Assembly (NCBI GenBank): GCA_902536085.1
Contig: CACAWF010000004.1
Coordinates: forward strand, 1,298-65,297
Origin: an uncultured Pelagibacteraceae bacterium
GTDB taxonomy: Bacteria > Pseudomonadota > Alphaproteobacteria > Pelagibacterales > Pelagibacteraceae
Length of the DNA stretch: 64,000 bases
Direction of reading: 5' to 3'
A model generated the notes under the pieces. The model had not been told where the DNA came from, made no database searches, and worked only from the letters and a program-made list of their open reading frames with translations. The translations under genes and the position numbers were made by a program. This document shows positions 48,180 through 56,793 of this stretch, one piece after another (the stretch's first letter is position 1; every line of letters starts with the position of its first letter).

Positions 48180-49515
48180 TAAATCAAATTCATTCATTGA
48201 AAATAAAACTCAGCTAGTCCAATATTTTAATGATGGGATAAAAAAAGACACTGATCTTAGAATTGGTGTTGAGCATGAAAAATTTCTTTTTAATAAAACA
48301 GATTTAAAAAGAGTTAATTATGATCAAATTAAGAAAATATTTGAAATTTTAAAAGAAAAAGGTTGGGAACCTCAATTAGAGAAAGATAAATTAATCGGGT
48401 TAAAAAGACAAAATCAAAAAATTACGACAGAACCTGGATTTCAATATGAATTATCAGGTGCGCCGTTTAAAAATATACATTCAGTTTGTTCAGAAAATAG
48501 TTCTCATTTTAATGAACTAAAAGAAGTTTTTAAGTCGACAAATATAACTACTTCATCAATTGCATATGATCCATTTAATAAATTAATTGATATCCCTAAA
48601 AGTCCAAAAGAGCGCTACAAAATTATGACAGCTGAAATGCCAAGAGGAGGTAAGTTAAGTTTGGATATGATGTACAAAACTGCAGGTATTCAAATTAATT
48701 ATGACTATACTTCTGAAGAAGATTTTGAAAAAAAATTTAAGATTGGGAATTACTTAGCACCTCTAACAATTGCCTTATTCGCAAACTCTCCTTTTTATGA
48801 AAAAAAACCATCAGGTTTTTTGTCCTATAGAGGGAAAGTTTGGCAAGAAACTAATAGAGGTGGGATAATGCCAATTACTTTTGAAAATGTAAATTTTGAA
48901 AAATATATTGATCATGCATTAAATTACCCAATTTTATTTCTTAAAAAAAATGAAAAATACTACTCGCCAAACGGTCAAACTTTTAAGGATTTTTTAAATG
49001 GTAATTTAAAATTTTTAAAAGGGGAAAAACCAACTTTAGAGGATTTTGAAAATCATTTAGGTACTATTTTTACTGAGATTAGATTAAAACAAGTTATTGA
49101 ATTTAGATCATTAGATACTTGTAACTTTGGATGTATTTGCAATGGACCCTCTTTTTTTACTGGTTTAATTTATGGATCTTTAGAGGAGACTTATGAAATA
49201 ATAAAAAATTGGAAAAAAAAGGAAGTTATGGAGGCATATTTAAACGCTCCTAAGGAAGGATTAAATACATTACTCCAAGATAAAAGATTAATTGATTGGG
49301 CAAAAATATTTTTAGATTTGTCCAAAAAAGGATTAGTAAAAAGAAATGAACTGAATAAGGGCAGAAAAAACGAGACAATTTACTTAAAACATATAGAAGA
49401 AATAATTAGTAATAAAAAAACTAGAGCGGAAATGCTGATTGAGCAATATAATAAAACAAAAAAATTAGATTTCTTAATAAATCATGACGAAAATTTTAGC
49501 TATTCAGGGTTCTGA
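48172..49515 (+). CDS. gshA: Glutamate-cysteine ligase (alphaproteobacterial/plant type)
   Basis: IGVEHEKF, EPG.Q.ELSGAP, ALFANSPF, HL.TIF.E.RLK..IEFR. Confidence 0.92.
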   Translation: MTNKSNSFIENKTQLVQYFNDGIKKDTDLRIGVEHEKFLFNKTDLKRVNYDQIKKIFEILKEKGWEPQLEKDKLIGLKRQNQKITTEPGFQYELSGAPFKNIHSVCSENSSHFNELKEVFKSTNITTSSIAYDPFNKLIDIPKSPKERYKIMTAEMPRGGKLSLDMMYKTAGIQINYDYTSEEDFEKKFKIGNYLAPLTIALFANSPFYEKKPSGFLSYRGKVWQETNRGGIMPITFENVNFEKYIDHALNYPILFLKKNEKYYSPNGQTFKDFLNGNLKFLKGEKPTLEDFENHLGTIFTEIRLKQVIEFRSLDTCNFGCICNGPSFFTGLIYGSLEETYEIIKNWKKKEVMEAYLNAPKEGLNTLLQDKRLIDWAKIFLDLSKKGLVKRNELNKGRKNETIYLKHIEEIISNKKTRAEMLIEQYNKTKKLDFLINHDENFSYSGF

Positions 49516-50401
49516 CCTTAAAAAAGTAAATATCAAAACTGATACAACTATTCTTTTGGCATCTGAGGCACAAAAAAGAGGTTACAAAATATATTATTTT
49601 GAACCTGAAAATCTAAGTTTTTTGAATGGAAAGGTTTTAGCCTTTTGTAAACATATAAAGATCAATGAAAATAAAAAGAAATTCTACTCGTTACTAAAAA
49701 CTGTTAAATTCAATTTAGAAAAATCTAAAGCTATATTAATCAGAAATGATCCACCTTTTGATAATCGTTATTTATATACAACATTCTTACTGAACTATAT
49801 CTCTAATAAGGTCAAGATTATAAATCACCCTTTTGCTGTAAGAAATATTTCTGAAAAACTATTTTCCATAAATTTGATGAGGTATATGCCTCCAACTTTA
49901 ATTAGTGAAAACCTTTCAGAAATAAAAAGTTTTTTTAGAAAACACAAAGCGGTTGTGGTTAAACCTATTAATGGTTTTAGTGGTAATAACGTTATTTTAA
50001 TGAAAATATTTAACTCAAGCAAAATTAAAAAATTAATAAAAACTAATAATCATTTATTTTTTCAAAAATTTTTACCTGGAGTTTCCAAAGGTGATAAAAG
50101 GGTTTTTATCATTAAAGGAAAGATTGTAGGTGCTATTTCTAGGATACCTAAAAAAGGAAGTATTTTATCTAATATGAGTAAAGGGGCTAAAGCAAAATTA
50201 ACGAAGCTCACAAGTAAAGAAGTTAAAGCTAGTAAAGCTATTGGTAAAATGTTACTGAAAAATAATATATATTTTGCAGGGGTAGATTTCGTGCAAGAGA
50301 AATTAATTGGCGATATTAATGTTACCAGCCCTACCGGGCTAGCTGCATATAAAGATTTGTCTGGAATAAATCTTGCTAAATTGTTCTGGAATAATATTTA
50401 A
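49484..50401 (+). CDS. gshB: Glutathione synthetase
   Basis: R.DPPFD..Y, VRN..EKL, GDKR, INVTSPTG. Confidence 0.93.
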   Translation: MTKILAIQGSDLKKVNIKTDTTILLASEAQKRGYKIYYFEPENLSFLNGKVLAFCKHIKINENKKKFYSLLKTVKFNLEKSKAILIRNDPPFDNRYLYTTFLLNYISNKVKIINHPFAVRNISEKLFSINLMRYMPPTLISENLSEIKSFFRKHKAVVVKPINGFSGNNVILMKIFNSSKIKKLIKTNNHLFFQKFLPGVSKGDKRVFIIKGKIVGAISRIPKKGSILSNMSKGAKAKLTKLTSKEVKASKAIGKMLLKNNIYFAGVDFVQEKLIGDINVTSPTGLAAYKDLSGINLAKLFWNNI

Positions 50402-50408
50402 TTCATAG

Positions 50409-50438
50409 TTGACAAATTCCTCAAATTCTTGCTATATT
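50409..50438 (+). promoter_or_regulatory. sigma70 promoter of the metY leader
   Basis: TTGACA (50409-14), 18 nt, extended TGn, TATATT (50433-38); SAM-II begins about 7 nt later. Confidence 0.7.
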
Positions 50439-50444
50439 TCGTTT

Positions 50445-50495
50445 AGCGCTGAGTTAAGGCAACTTGCGGGCGCTTAATAAATCCAGCTAAAGCGC
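50445..50495 (+). ncRNA. SAM-II (SAM-alpha) riboswitch aptamer
   Basis: AGCGCTGAGTTAA...TTGCGGGCGCT...AAAT..AGCTAAAG; P1 AGCGCT/GGCGCT and 3' GCTAAA pseudoknot strand. Confidence 0.85.
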
Positions 50496-50507
50496 ATAAG
50501 TCTTCAG

Positions 50508-50536
50508 ACCACCGCTTTAGCCGGTGGTTTTTTTTT
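50508..50536 (+). terminator. Riboswitch-controlled intrinsic terminator
   Basis: ACCACCG-CTTTAGC-CGGTGGT followed by a T run; CGCTTTAGC (50513-21) is the exact complement of SAM-II GCTAAAGCG (50486-94), giving an antiterminator. Confidence 0.88.
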
Positions 50537-50555
50537 GGGATAATCTAAAATTAAA

Positions 50556-50610
50556 CCGGGTATTTGAACCATATTGTACACCTGGCATATGCCGAAGTAC
50601 TAAAAAGGAG
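50556..50610 (+). ncRNA. SAM-V riboswitch
   Basis: CCGGGTATTTGAAC...TTGTACACCTGG...AAGTACTAAAAAGGAG; matches the SAM-V pattern with a 3' Shine-Dalgarno. Confidence 0.88.
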
Positions 50611-50613
50611 AAG

Positions 50614-50667
50614 ATGAACAGAATTAAACCTCGTTCATTCTTCTCAAGAAAGACGGAGAAAAAATGA
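50614..50667 (+). CDS. uORF1, 17 aa, MNRIKPRSFFSRKTEKK
   Basis: ATG just after the SAM-V AAGGAG; its TGA overlaps the uORF2 ATG (ATGA). Confidence 0.45.
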   Translation: MNRIKPRSFFSRKTEKK

Positions 50668-50711
50668 GCGAAACGACAAGAGAAACAATAAGGGGGAAAA
50701 TCAATGACTGA
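50664..50711 (+). CDS. uORF2, 15 aa, MSETTRETIRGKIND
   Basis: Own GGAG 5 nt upstream; reads through the metY SD and stops 8 nt inside metY. Confidence 0.4.
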   Translation: MSETTRETIRGKIND

Positions 50712-51996
50712 TTTTAAACATCCGGAAACTATTGGCTTACATGGTAGTGATTATAGAGCTGATCCTACTACAACAGCTGTAGCAGTTCCGATTTATCAAA
50801 CAACTTCTTACCAATTTAAAAACGCAGAACATGCTGCAAATTTATTTGGTCTAAAAGAGTTTGGTAACATTTACACACGTATAATGAACCCAACTGTAGA
50901 TGTGCTAGAAAAAAGAGTTGCAGCGCTTGAAGGCGGTGTAGCAGCATGCGCGGTGGGATCAGGCCAAGCAGCCTCAGCAATGTGTATTCAAAACTTAGCA
51001 CAAGCTGGAGATAACATTGTTGCTTCAACTGATTTATACGGAGGTACAGTTAACTTATTCAAAAATACTTTAAGGCAACAAGGTATTGAGGTTAGATTTG
51101 CAGATCCTGCAGATCCAAAAAACTTCGAAAAAGTGACTGATGATAAAACAAGAGCTTACTATGGTGAGACTCTTCCAAATCCTTATCTTCGTGTTTTTCC
51201 AATTAAAGAAGTTTCTGATATCGGTAGGAAAAAAGGTATTCCTTTAATTATCGATAACACAGCTTCACCAGTAATATGTAAACCTTTAGCTCATGGAGCT
51301 GCGATTGTAATGCACTCTTTGACGAAATATATTGGTGGCCACGGTACTTCAATTGGAGGAATAATTGTAGATGGAGGAAATTTTGACTGGATTAAAGATA
51401 GAAAAAGACAACCTCTATTAAATGAACCAGATCAAAGTTATCACGGTGCAGTATGGGCAGATGCAGTTCCACAATTAACTGGTGCTAATATCCCATTTGT
51501 CATCAGAGCAAGAGTGGTTTTATTGAGAGACTTAGGTGCTCCTTTAAGTCCATTCAATGCTTTTCAAATCATTCAAGGTTTGGAAACTGTAGCTTTAAGA
51601 ATGAAACAACACTGTAGTAATGCAGAGAAAGTTGTGAATTTCTTAGACGGTCACAAAAAAGTTAAAAAAGTTATCTATCCAACTAATTATCAAGGTGAAA
51701 TTAGAGATAGAGCTAAAAAATATATGCAAGGTGGTTACGGATCTTTAATAGGTATGGATCTAGGAACAAAAGAAGCAGGAGCTAAGTTTATTGACAACTT
51801 AAAAATGCTCTACCACGTAGCAAATATTGGTGATGCTAGAAGTTTAGCAATTCATCCAGCTACAACAACTCACAGTCAATTAACTGAGCAAGAAATGTTA
51901 GCTGCAGGTGTTACGCCAGGTTACGTCAGATTATCGATTGGTATAGAACATCCAGACGATATTGTTGCAGATATCAAGCAAGCTTTAGCTGCTTAA
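50704..51996 (+). CDS. metY: O-acetylhomoserine sulfhydrylase / aminocarboxypropyltransferase
   Basis: PIYQTTSY, NIYTRIMNPT, HSLTKYIGGHG (PLP lysine), ANIGDA.SL.IHPA.TTH. Confidence 0.95.
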   Translation: MTDFKHPETIGLHGSDYRADPTTTAVAVPIYQTTSYQFKNAEHAANLFGLKEFGNIYTRIMNPTVDVLEKRVAALEGGVAACAVGSGQAASAMCIQNLAQAGDNIVASTDLYGGTVNLFKNTLRQQGIEVRFADPADPKNFEKVTDDKTRAYYGETLPNPYLRVFPIKEVSDIGRKKGIPLIIDNTASPVICKPLAHGAAIVMHSLTKYIGGHGTSIGGIIVDGGNFDWIKDRKRQPLLNEPDQSYHGAVWADAVPQLTGANIPFVIRARVVLLRDLGAPLSPFNAFQIIQGLETVALRMKQHCSNAEKVVNFLDGHKKVKKVIYPTNYQGEIRDRAKKYMQGGYGSLIGMDLGTKEAGAKFIDNLKMLYHVANIGDARSLAIHPATTTHSQLTEQEMLAAGVTPGYVRLSIGIEHPDDIVADIKQALAA

Positions 51997-52002
51997 ATAT
52001 TA

Positions 52003-52040
52003 ATTAGGTGGTCCCAATTCTATTGGGACCATCATCTAAT
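52003..52040. terminator. Hairpin between convergent metY and lipoprotein genes
   Basis: GGTGGTCCCAAT-TCT-ATTGGGACCATC stem; weak U-tract. Confidence 0.65.
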
Positions 52041-52050
52041 AAGATTGGAA

Positions 52051-52458
52051 TTACCTTCTATTATAAATAATTGATTTCTTTGCTATCTTTTCAATCTTAG
52101 ATATTTCTTTAATTATTTTTTTTGGGTATTCGTTCACAATTTCTGTAGTCTTTTCCATCATATTAGTGCTTTTTAAATTAATTTCTTTTTTTACAATTGC
52201 GCAAAATTCAGATCTTGTTATTTCAATTGAAGAAATGCAGGTTTCTTTTTTTCTCTCAGGATTTTTTTCCTCTGCATAAGCTATGGCATGTTCCAAAGGG
52301 GTTTTTCCTGTTTGTTTTTTGACCCCATAACTTATTGCTGAATTTAAACTGGATTGAACAAGTCTTCCGTTTGAAGCACCTGGTCCTAGTAATGCTAGCG
52401 ATTCAGCACAACCGTTCAGCAAGAAAATAGTTAACAATATAAGTAATATTTTTCTCAT
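52051..52458 (-). CDS. Hypothetical lipoprotein, paralog 1
   Basis: MRKILL...LNGC lipobox; CAESLALLGP, YGVKKQTGK.P.EHAI.YAEE shared with the neighbour. Confidence 0.75.
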   Translation of the reverse strand: MRKILLILLTIFLLNGCAESLALLGPGASNGRLVQSSLNSAISYGVKKQTGKTPLEHAIAYAEEKNPERKKETCISSIEITRSEFCAIVKKEINLKSTNMMEKTTEIVNEYPKKIIKEISKIEKIAKKSIIYNRR

Positions 52459-52595
52459 GACTAACATGGTTTAATTGGTCTCGTATATCTGCTTCACTTT
52501 TAAATAAAAGTATATTGTGAGTGAATTAATTTTTATTAACACAACTCATGGTGGTTAAGATCTTAAATTACAAATGCTGATTTATTTAGAATTAT

Positions 52596-53000
52596 TTAAT
52601 CTAAAAACTTAATTTTATATTTTTTATTTATATTAGGCTGCAAAGATGAAGTAAGATCTTTGATAGAACTTTCCTTTGATTTCTTTAAGATCTTCGATTT
52701 AGTTATTTTCAATTGCTTTTTCACAATAGCGCAAATTTCTGAATTAGTTTTTTCTGCAAATGATAAGCAAGGCTCTTTCTTTTTGCTCGGATTCATTTCC
52801 TCTGCATATGTTATTGCATGTTCCATTGGGCTTTTCCCAGTTTGTTTTTTTACTCCATAATTTAGTGCTGAAGAAAGAGCTGACTGGGCAATGTTTCCAC
52901 CGGTTACTGCGGTAGTAGAAGTAGGTCCTAATAATGCTAAAGACTCTGCGCATCCTGTTAGGAAAATAAGTCCAAGCAATAAACCCAAAATTTTTTTCAT
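52596..53000 (-). CDS. Hypothetical lipoprotein, paralog 2
   Basis: MKKIL...LTGC lipobox; same conserved blocks as 52051-52458. Confidence 0.75.
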   Translation of the reverse strand: MKKILGLLLGLIFLTGCAESLALLGPTSTTAVTGGNIAQSALSSALNYGVKKQTGKSPMEHAITYAEEMNPSKKKEPCLSFAEKTNSEICAIVKKQLKITKSKILKKSKESSIKDLTSSLQPNINKKYKIKFLD

Positions 53001-53108
53001 ACTCCCTTTTTATATTTAATCTATTTTAAGCAGAGATTTATTTGCTATAAAACAAACGAATCACTCAAATTGAGTTTATCTAATACAACCTGTGATAGAA
53101 ATACTTTT

Positions 53109-54059
53109 CTAAGATATTATTCTTAAAGGCTTGTTTTTTAAGCAACTTTCTAAATTTTCGATCATTTGCAAATAAAATTTTGAATAATTTTCAGCAGTAA
53201 CGTAACCAATATGGGGCAATAACAGAGCATTAGGAAGAAATCTAAGTTTATGGTCTTGCGGAAGAGGTTCTTTATCATAAACATCTAAACCAGCACCTGC
53301 TATTTTTTCATCTTTTAAAGCTTCGACTAAATCATTTTCATTAATGATTGGACCTCTTGAAGTGTTAATTAGAAAACTTGTTTTTTTCATCATTTCTATC
53401 TCTTTTCTTGTAATTAAGTTTTTATATCTTTCACCTAAAACTAAATGAATAGAAATTATATCTGAATTTTTTAGTAGATCTTCTTTATTCATGGGTAATA
53501 CACCAAGTTCATTTGCATGAGATAAATTTAAATTTTCACTCCAAGCGCAAACTTCCATTCCAAAAGCTTTGCCTACCTTTGCAACTTGTGTTCCAATTTT
53601 TCCCAAGCCAATTACTCCAAGCATTTTACCTTTTAATTCTGAGCCAATTGTAGTCTGCCAATATCCTTGGAACATATTATCAATTTCTTGTTTAACGTTT
53701 CTTAAAAGACCTAAAATCAAAGTCCAAGTGATCTCAGCAGCAGGATTTGAATTGATTTCAGTACCACACACCAAAATGCCTCTTTTTTTTGTTTCTTCTA
53801 GATTGATAGAATTATTACGCATACCTGAAGTCATTATGAACTTAAGATTTGGTAAATTTTCTAATAAATTTTTTGTGATAGGTGTTCTTTCTCGCATTAT
53901 AAATAACGCTTCAAATTCCTCCAAGGCTTCAATAGCTACATTTTCATCATTGAAAGCTTCATTGAAAATTTTAAAATCAAATTTATTCTTTAGTTTCTTT
54001 ATATCAATAATCTCTTCAAAAGCATTTTGATAATCATCCAAAACTGCAACTTTAATCAT
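53109..54059 (-). CDS. D-2-hydroxyacid dehydrogenase family
   Basis: MRERT, GLGKIG, INTSRGP, GLDVYD.EPL, PHIGY. Confidence 0.9.
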   Translation of the reverse strand: MIKVAVLDDYQNAFEEIIDIKKLKNKFDFKIFNEAFNDENVAIEALEEFEALFIMRERTPITKNLLENLPNLKFIMTSGMRNNSINLEETKKRGILVCGTEINSNPAAEITWTLILGLLRNVKQEIDNMFQGYWQTTIGSELKGKMLGVIGLGKIGTQVAKVGKAFGMEVCAWSENLNLSHANELGVLPMNKEDLLKNSDIISIHLVLGERYKNLITRKEIEMMKKTSFLINTSRGPIINENDLVEALKDEKIAGAGLDVYDKEPLPQDHKLRFLPNALLLPHIGYVTAENYSKFYLQMIENLESCLKNKPLRIIS

Positions 54060-54946
54060 TGAGTTTTCCTATTTGATAGATAAATACCAGATATAATAAA
54101 AGATGCTCCAATAAAATGGAATAATTGAAATTTTTCTTTGAAAATTATAATTGCCATTAACGCGCTGAAAAGTGGCATTAACTGAATAAACATTGACGAT
54201 CTGTTAGGCCCTATTAATTCTATAGCTTTTTGCCAACAATAATAAGCTGCAATTGCAGGAAAGAAAACTACATAAATAAGAATTAAGAAAAAAGCTTTAT
54301 TAATTTTAATATCCAATCCAATTGATTGTTCATATAAAAATTGTGGAACTAAAAATATTAATCCAACAGTTACCATAATTTGAATTAAGGAAAACTGAGA
54401 TAATTGAAATTTATTTTTTTTAAGCAAAGTTGAGTATAATGACCAACTTAAAACACAAACTAGCATCCATATATCTCCTTTATTGAAACTTAAAGTAATT
54501 ATTTTTTGAATATTTGCATTTGAAATAATTGTTGCAACTCCAAATATTGACAGGAACAATCCAGATAATTGATATACGTTCGTTTTTTCGATTTTCATGA
54601 GTGATGAAAAAATTATTATCATTGGTGGAATAGCAGCTAACATTAAAACTGCATTAATAACTTGAGTAAAATTTAAAGCAAAGTACACTACAGAATTAAA
54701 GGTGCTAATTGATAATATTCCCATTATACCGATGACAAAAAAGTGTTTTTTAATATAGTTTTTCTTCGCTACAATCTCTTTTATTGTGAAAGGAATTAAA
54801 ATAAACCATACCATAACCCATCTTAAAAAGTTAAGAGTAAGTGGTGGAACTTCAAATAGGGTTGCGAATTTTCCAATTATAAAATTTCCTGACCAGAATA
54901 AAGCCGCAAATGTAAGAAAAGTATAAGCTATATAATTTTTTGACAA
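54056..54946 (-). CDS. DMT/EamA-family transporter
   Basis: FWSGNF, PP.TL...RW, GD..ML, IGP.R.S.F..L.P.F. Confidence 0.88.
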   Translation of the reverse strand: MSKNYIAYTFLTFAALFWSGNFIIGKFATLFEVPPLTLNFLRWVMVWFILIPFTIKEIVAKKNYIKKHFFVIGIMGILSISTFNSVVYFALNFTQVINAVLMLAAIPPMIIIFSSLMKIEKTNVYQLSGLFLSIFGVATIISNANIQKIITLSFNKGDIWMLVCVLSWSLYSTLLKKNKFQLSQFSLIQIMVTVGLIFLVPQFLYEQSIGLDIKINKAFFLILIYVVFFPAIAAYYCWQKAIELIGPNRSSMFIQLMPLFSALMAIIIFKEKFQLFHFIGASFIISGIYLSNRKTQ

Positions 54947-54953
54947 GAGTTTT

Positions 54954-56213
54954 CTAAGTGAATCTTTTTGAACTGTATGGAGATAAATCTAAATTAGTTT
55001 TTTCTCCAGCAACAATTCCTGATACAATTTTGCCTGTTATAGCTCCTAAAGTCCACCCTAAATGTTGATGACCAAAAGCATAAATTATATTTTTATTTTT
55101 TAATGATGGGCCAAGTATTGGTAAAAAATCTGGAAGTGTGGGCCTGAATCCCAACCATTCATCTTCGTGAGCTCCTAATTGTGGTAAAAGCTCCTTTGCA
55201 CATCTAATAACATATTCAATTCTTTTTTTTGATAAAGGATTTTTGGTTCCGCCTAGCTCTACAGTACCAACTGCTCTAAGCCCTTGGTTCATCGGTGTCA
55301 TTCCAAAACCTCTATCTAGGAAGATTACTGGTCTTGATATCAATTTTTCTTGTCCTTTAAAATGTACATGATAACCCCTTTCAGTATCCAAAGGAATTTT
55401 TTCTCCTAACTGATCTGTAAATTGTTTCGAAAACGCTCCAGAGGCTACTACAGATTTTTCAAATCTATATTCTTCACTCTCTGATTTAATTACAGTTTCA
55501 TCAGTTTTAGACTGTTCGATACTTTTGATATTCGTCTGAACAAATTTTCCACCTTTATTTAAGAACAATTTAAAAATTTGTTTTAATATTCCATGTGGAT
55601 CTCTAGCATGCATAGCAGACTCATAAATAATACCAGCATCGAAAACTGGGTTTAAATTAGGCTCTAACTCCAAAACTTCTTCTCGTGATAAAAGTTTTTG
55701 CTTTATTCCAAGTTCATCACGAATTTTTATTTCTAAATTTCTACTTTTTAGGTTTTTATTTGTCCAAACATAAATAATACCTTTTTTTTCAACTAATCCA
55801 TTTGTATCTATTTCTTGAAAAATTTCTTCATATGCATCATTAGATAAACTCAAAATTTGATGCATGCTTTTAGCAGTATGCATCATTGATTTTTTATTGC
55901 AGTTTTTAAAATAGTAAAAAAACCATTTAAACATTTTAGGCACATAGTTCCATTTTAAAGCTAGGGGTCCATAAGAACTGAAGAGCATCTTAGGAACATC
56001 GAATAAAATGTCTGGACGATTAAGTTGTAAAACAGCGTAAGGTGAAAAGTGTCCAGCATTTCCGTATGAAGCCGGCTTAAAGTCTTTAGACAAAGGATCT
56101 TGACGATCAAAAATTGTAACGGGGATCCCTTTTTTAATAAGTTGAAGGCCTGTGCATACACCTTGAATTCCTGAACCTATTATTCCAACTGATTTACACT
56201 TAATACTTTCCAT
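54954..56213 (-). CDS. D-amino acid dehydrogenase-like FAD oxidoreductase (DadA family)
   Basis: GSGIQG, ASYGNAG, ERGYH, WLGFRPTLPD, AFGHQHLGWT. Confidence 0.85.
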   Translation of the reverse strand: MESIKCKSVGIIGSGIQGVCTGLQLIKKGIPVTIFDRQDPLSKDFKPASYGNAGHFSPYAVLQLNRPDILFDVPKMLFSSYGPLALKWNYVPKMFKWFFYYFKNCNKKSMMHTAKSMHQILSLSNDAYEEIFQEIDTNGLVEKKGIIYVWTNKNLKSRNLEIKIRDELGIKQKLLSREEVLELEPNLNPVFDAGIIYESAMHARDPHGILKQIFKLFLNKGGKFVQTNIKSIEQSKTDETVIKSESEEYRFEKSVVASGAFSKQFTDQLGEKIPLDTERGYHVHFKGQEKLISRPVIFLDRGFGMTPMNQGLRAVGTVELGGTKNPLSKKRIEYVIRCAKELLPQLGAHEDEWLGFRPTLPDFLPILGPSLKNKNIIYAFGHQHLGWTLGAITGKIVSGIVAGEKTNLDLSPYSSKRFT

Positions 56214-56256
56214 ACGGAAATTATATCAATATTATTATTAATAGAGATGCGGTAGA

Positions 56257-56721
56257 TTATGCTAAAACTTCTTTGTTGACCACTTCTGGTCTCTCTTCTG
56301 TGTCTGTAGTTTCTTTTTTTTCTTTCTTTTTAAATAAGAAATCACCTGTCAATGTAGATTTAGATTTGTTAGTCTTTTTAATGTAACCATCAATATCAGC
56401 GCCATTTTCAGTCTTAAGATTGTTCCCAAATTCTATATCGCCTTTAACTGTTCCTGTGCTTCCAATAACAACATCTTGACCGGAAACCTTTCCATCCAAG
56501 TGACCGTGGATTTCTATATGGTCACCTTCGACTGAACCTGTAATTGAACCTGTTTCTCTTATAATAATTTCTTTTGAATAAACTGGACCTTTAATTAAAC
56601 CAGCAACATCAATCGCTCCTGAGCTATTAATTGTCCCTTCAATACTCACTGTTTCACTAATTAGTGATCTTTCGGAATCTGTTAGTTTATTTTTTTTGTC
56701 ACCAAACATATATTTATTCAT
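56257..56721 (-). CDS. Bactofilin (polymer-forming cytoskeletal protein, DUF583)
   Basis: SLISE...IEG.I, G.I.G.V, I.G...G.V, V.GDI, ENGA.IDG beta-helix repeats. Confidence 0.88.
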   Translation of the reverse strand: MNKYMFGDKKNKLTDSERSLISETVSIEGTINSSGAIDVAGLIKGPVYSKEIIIRETGSITGSVEGDHIEIHGHLDGKVSGQDVVIGSTGTVKGDIEFGNNLKTENGADIDGYIKKTNKSKSTLTGDFLFKKKEKKETTDTEERPEVVNKEVLA

Positions 56722-56793
56722 AAATTAACCACCTATTTCTATATTATACAAGTATTTTATAAAATCAAATTTGACCAAAATAGGTTAAATTAA

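Noticed and set aside
23660-52040. GC-rich hairpins as possible repeats, MITEs or CRISPR units
   Set aside because: Each has a different sequence and sits at a gene 3' end; they are terminators, with no repeat-spacer periodicity and no cas genes
52525-52550. 7-codon ORF (MSCVNKN) in the lipoprotein spacer
   Set aside because: Too short, no SD and no coupling to the next gene; indistinguishable from chance
53055-53066. TGATTCG (GANTC-containing, GcrA-like) site upstream of lipoprotein 2
   Set aside because: Single short match not repeated before the paralog; insufficient evidence
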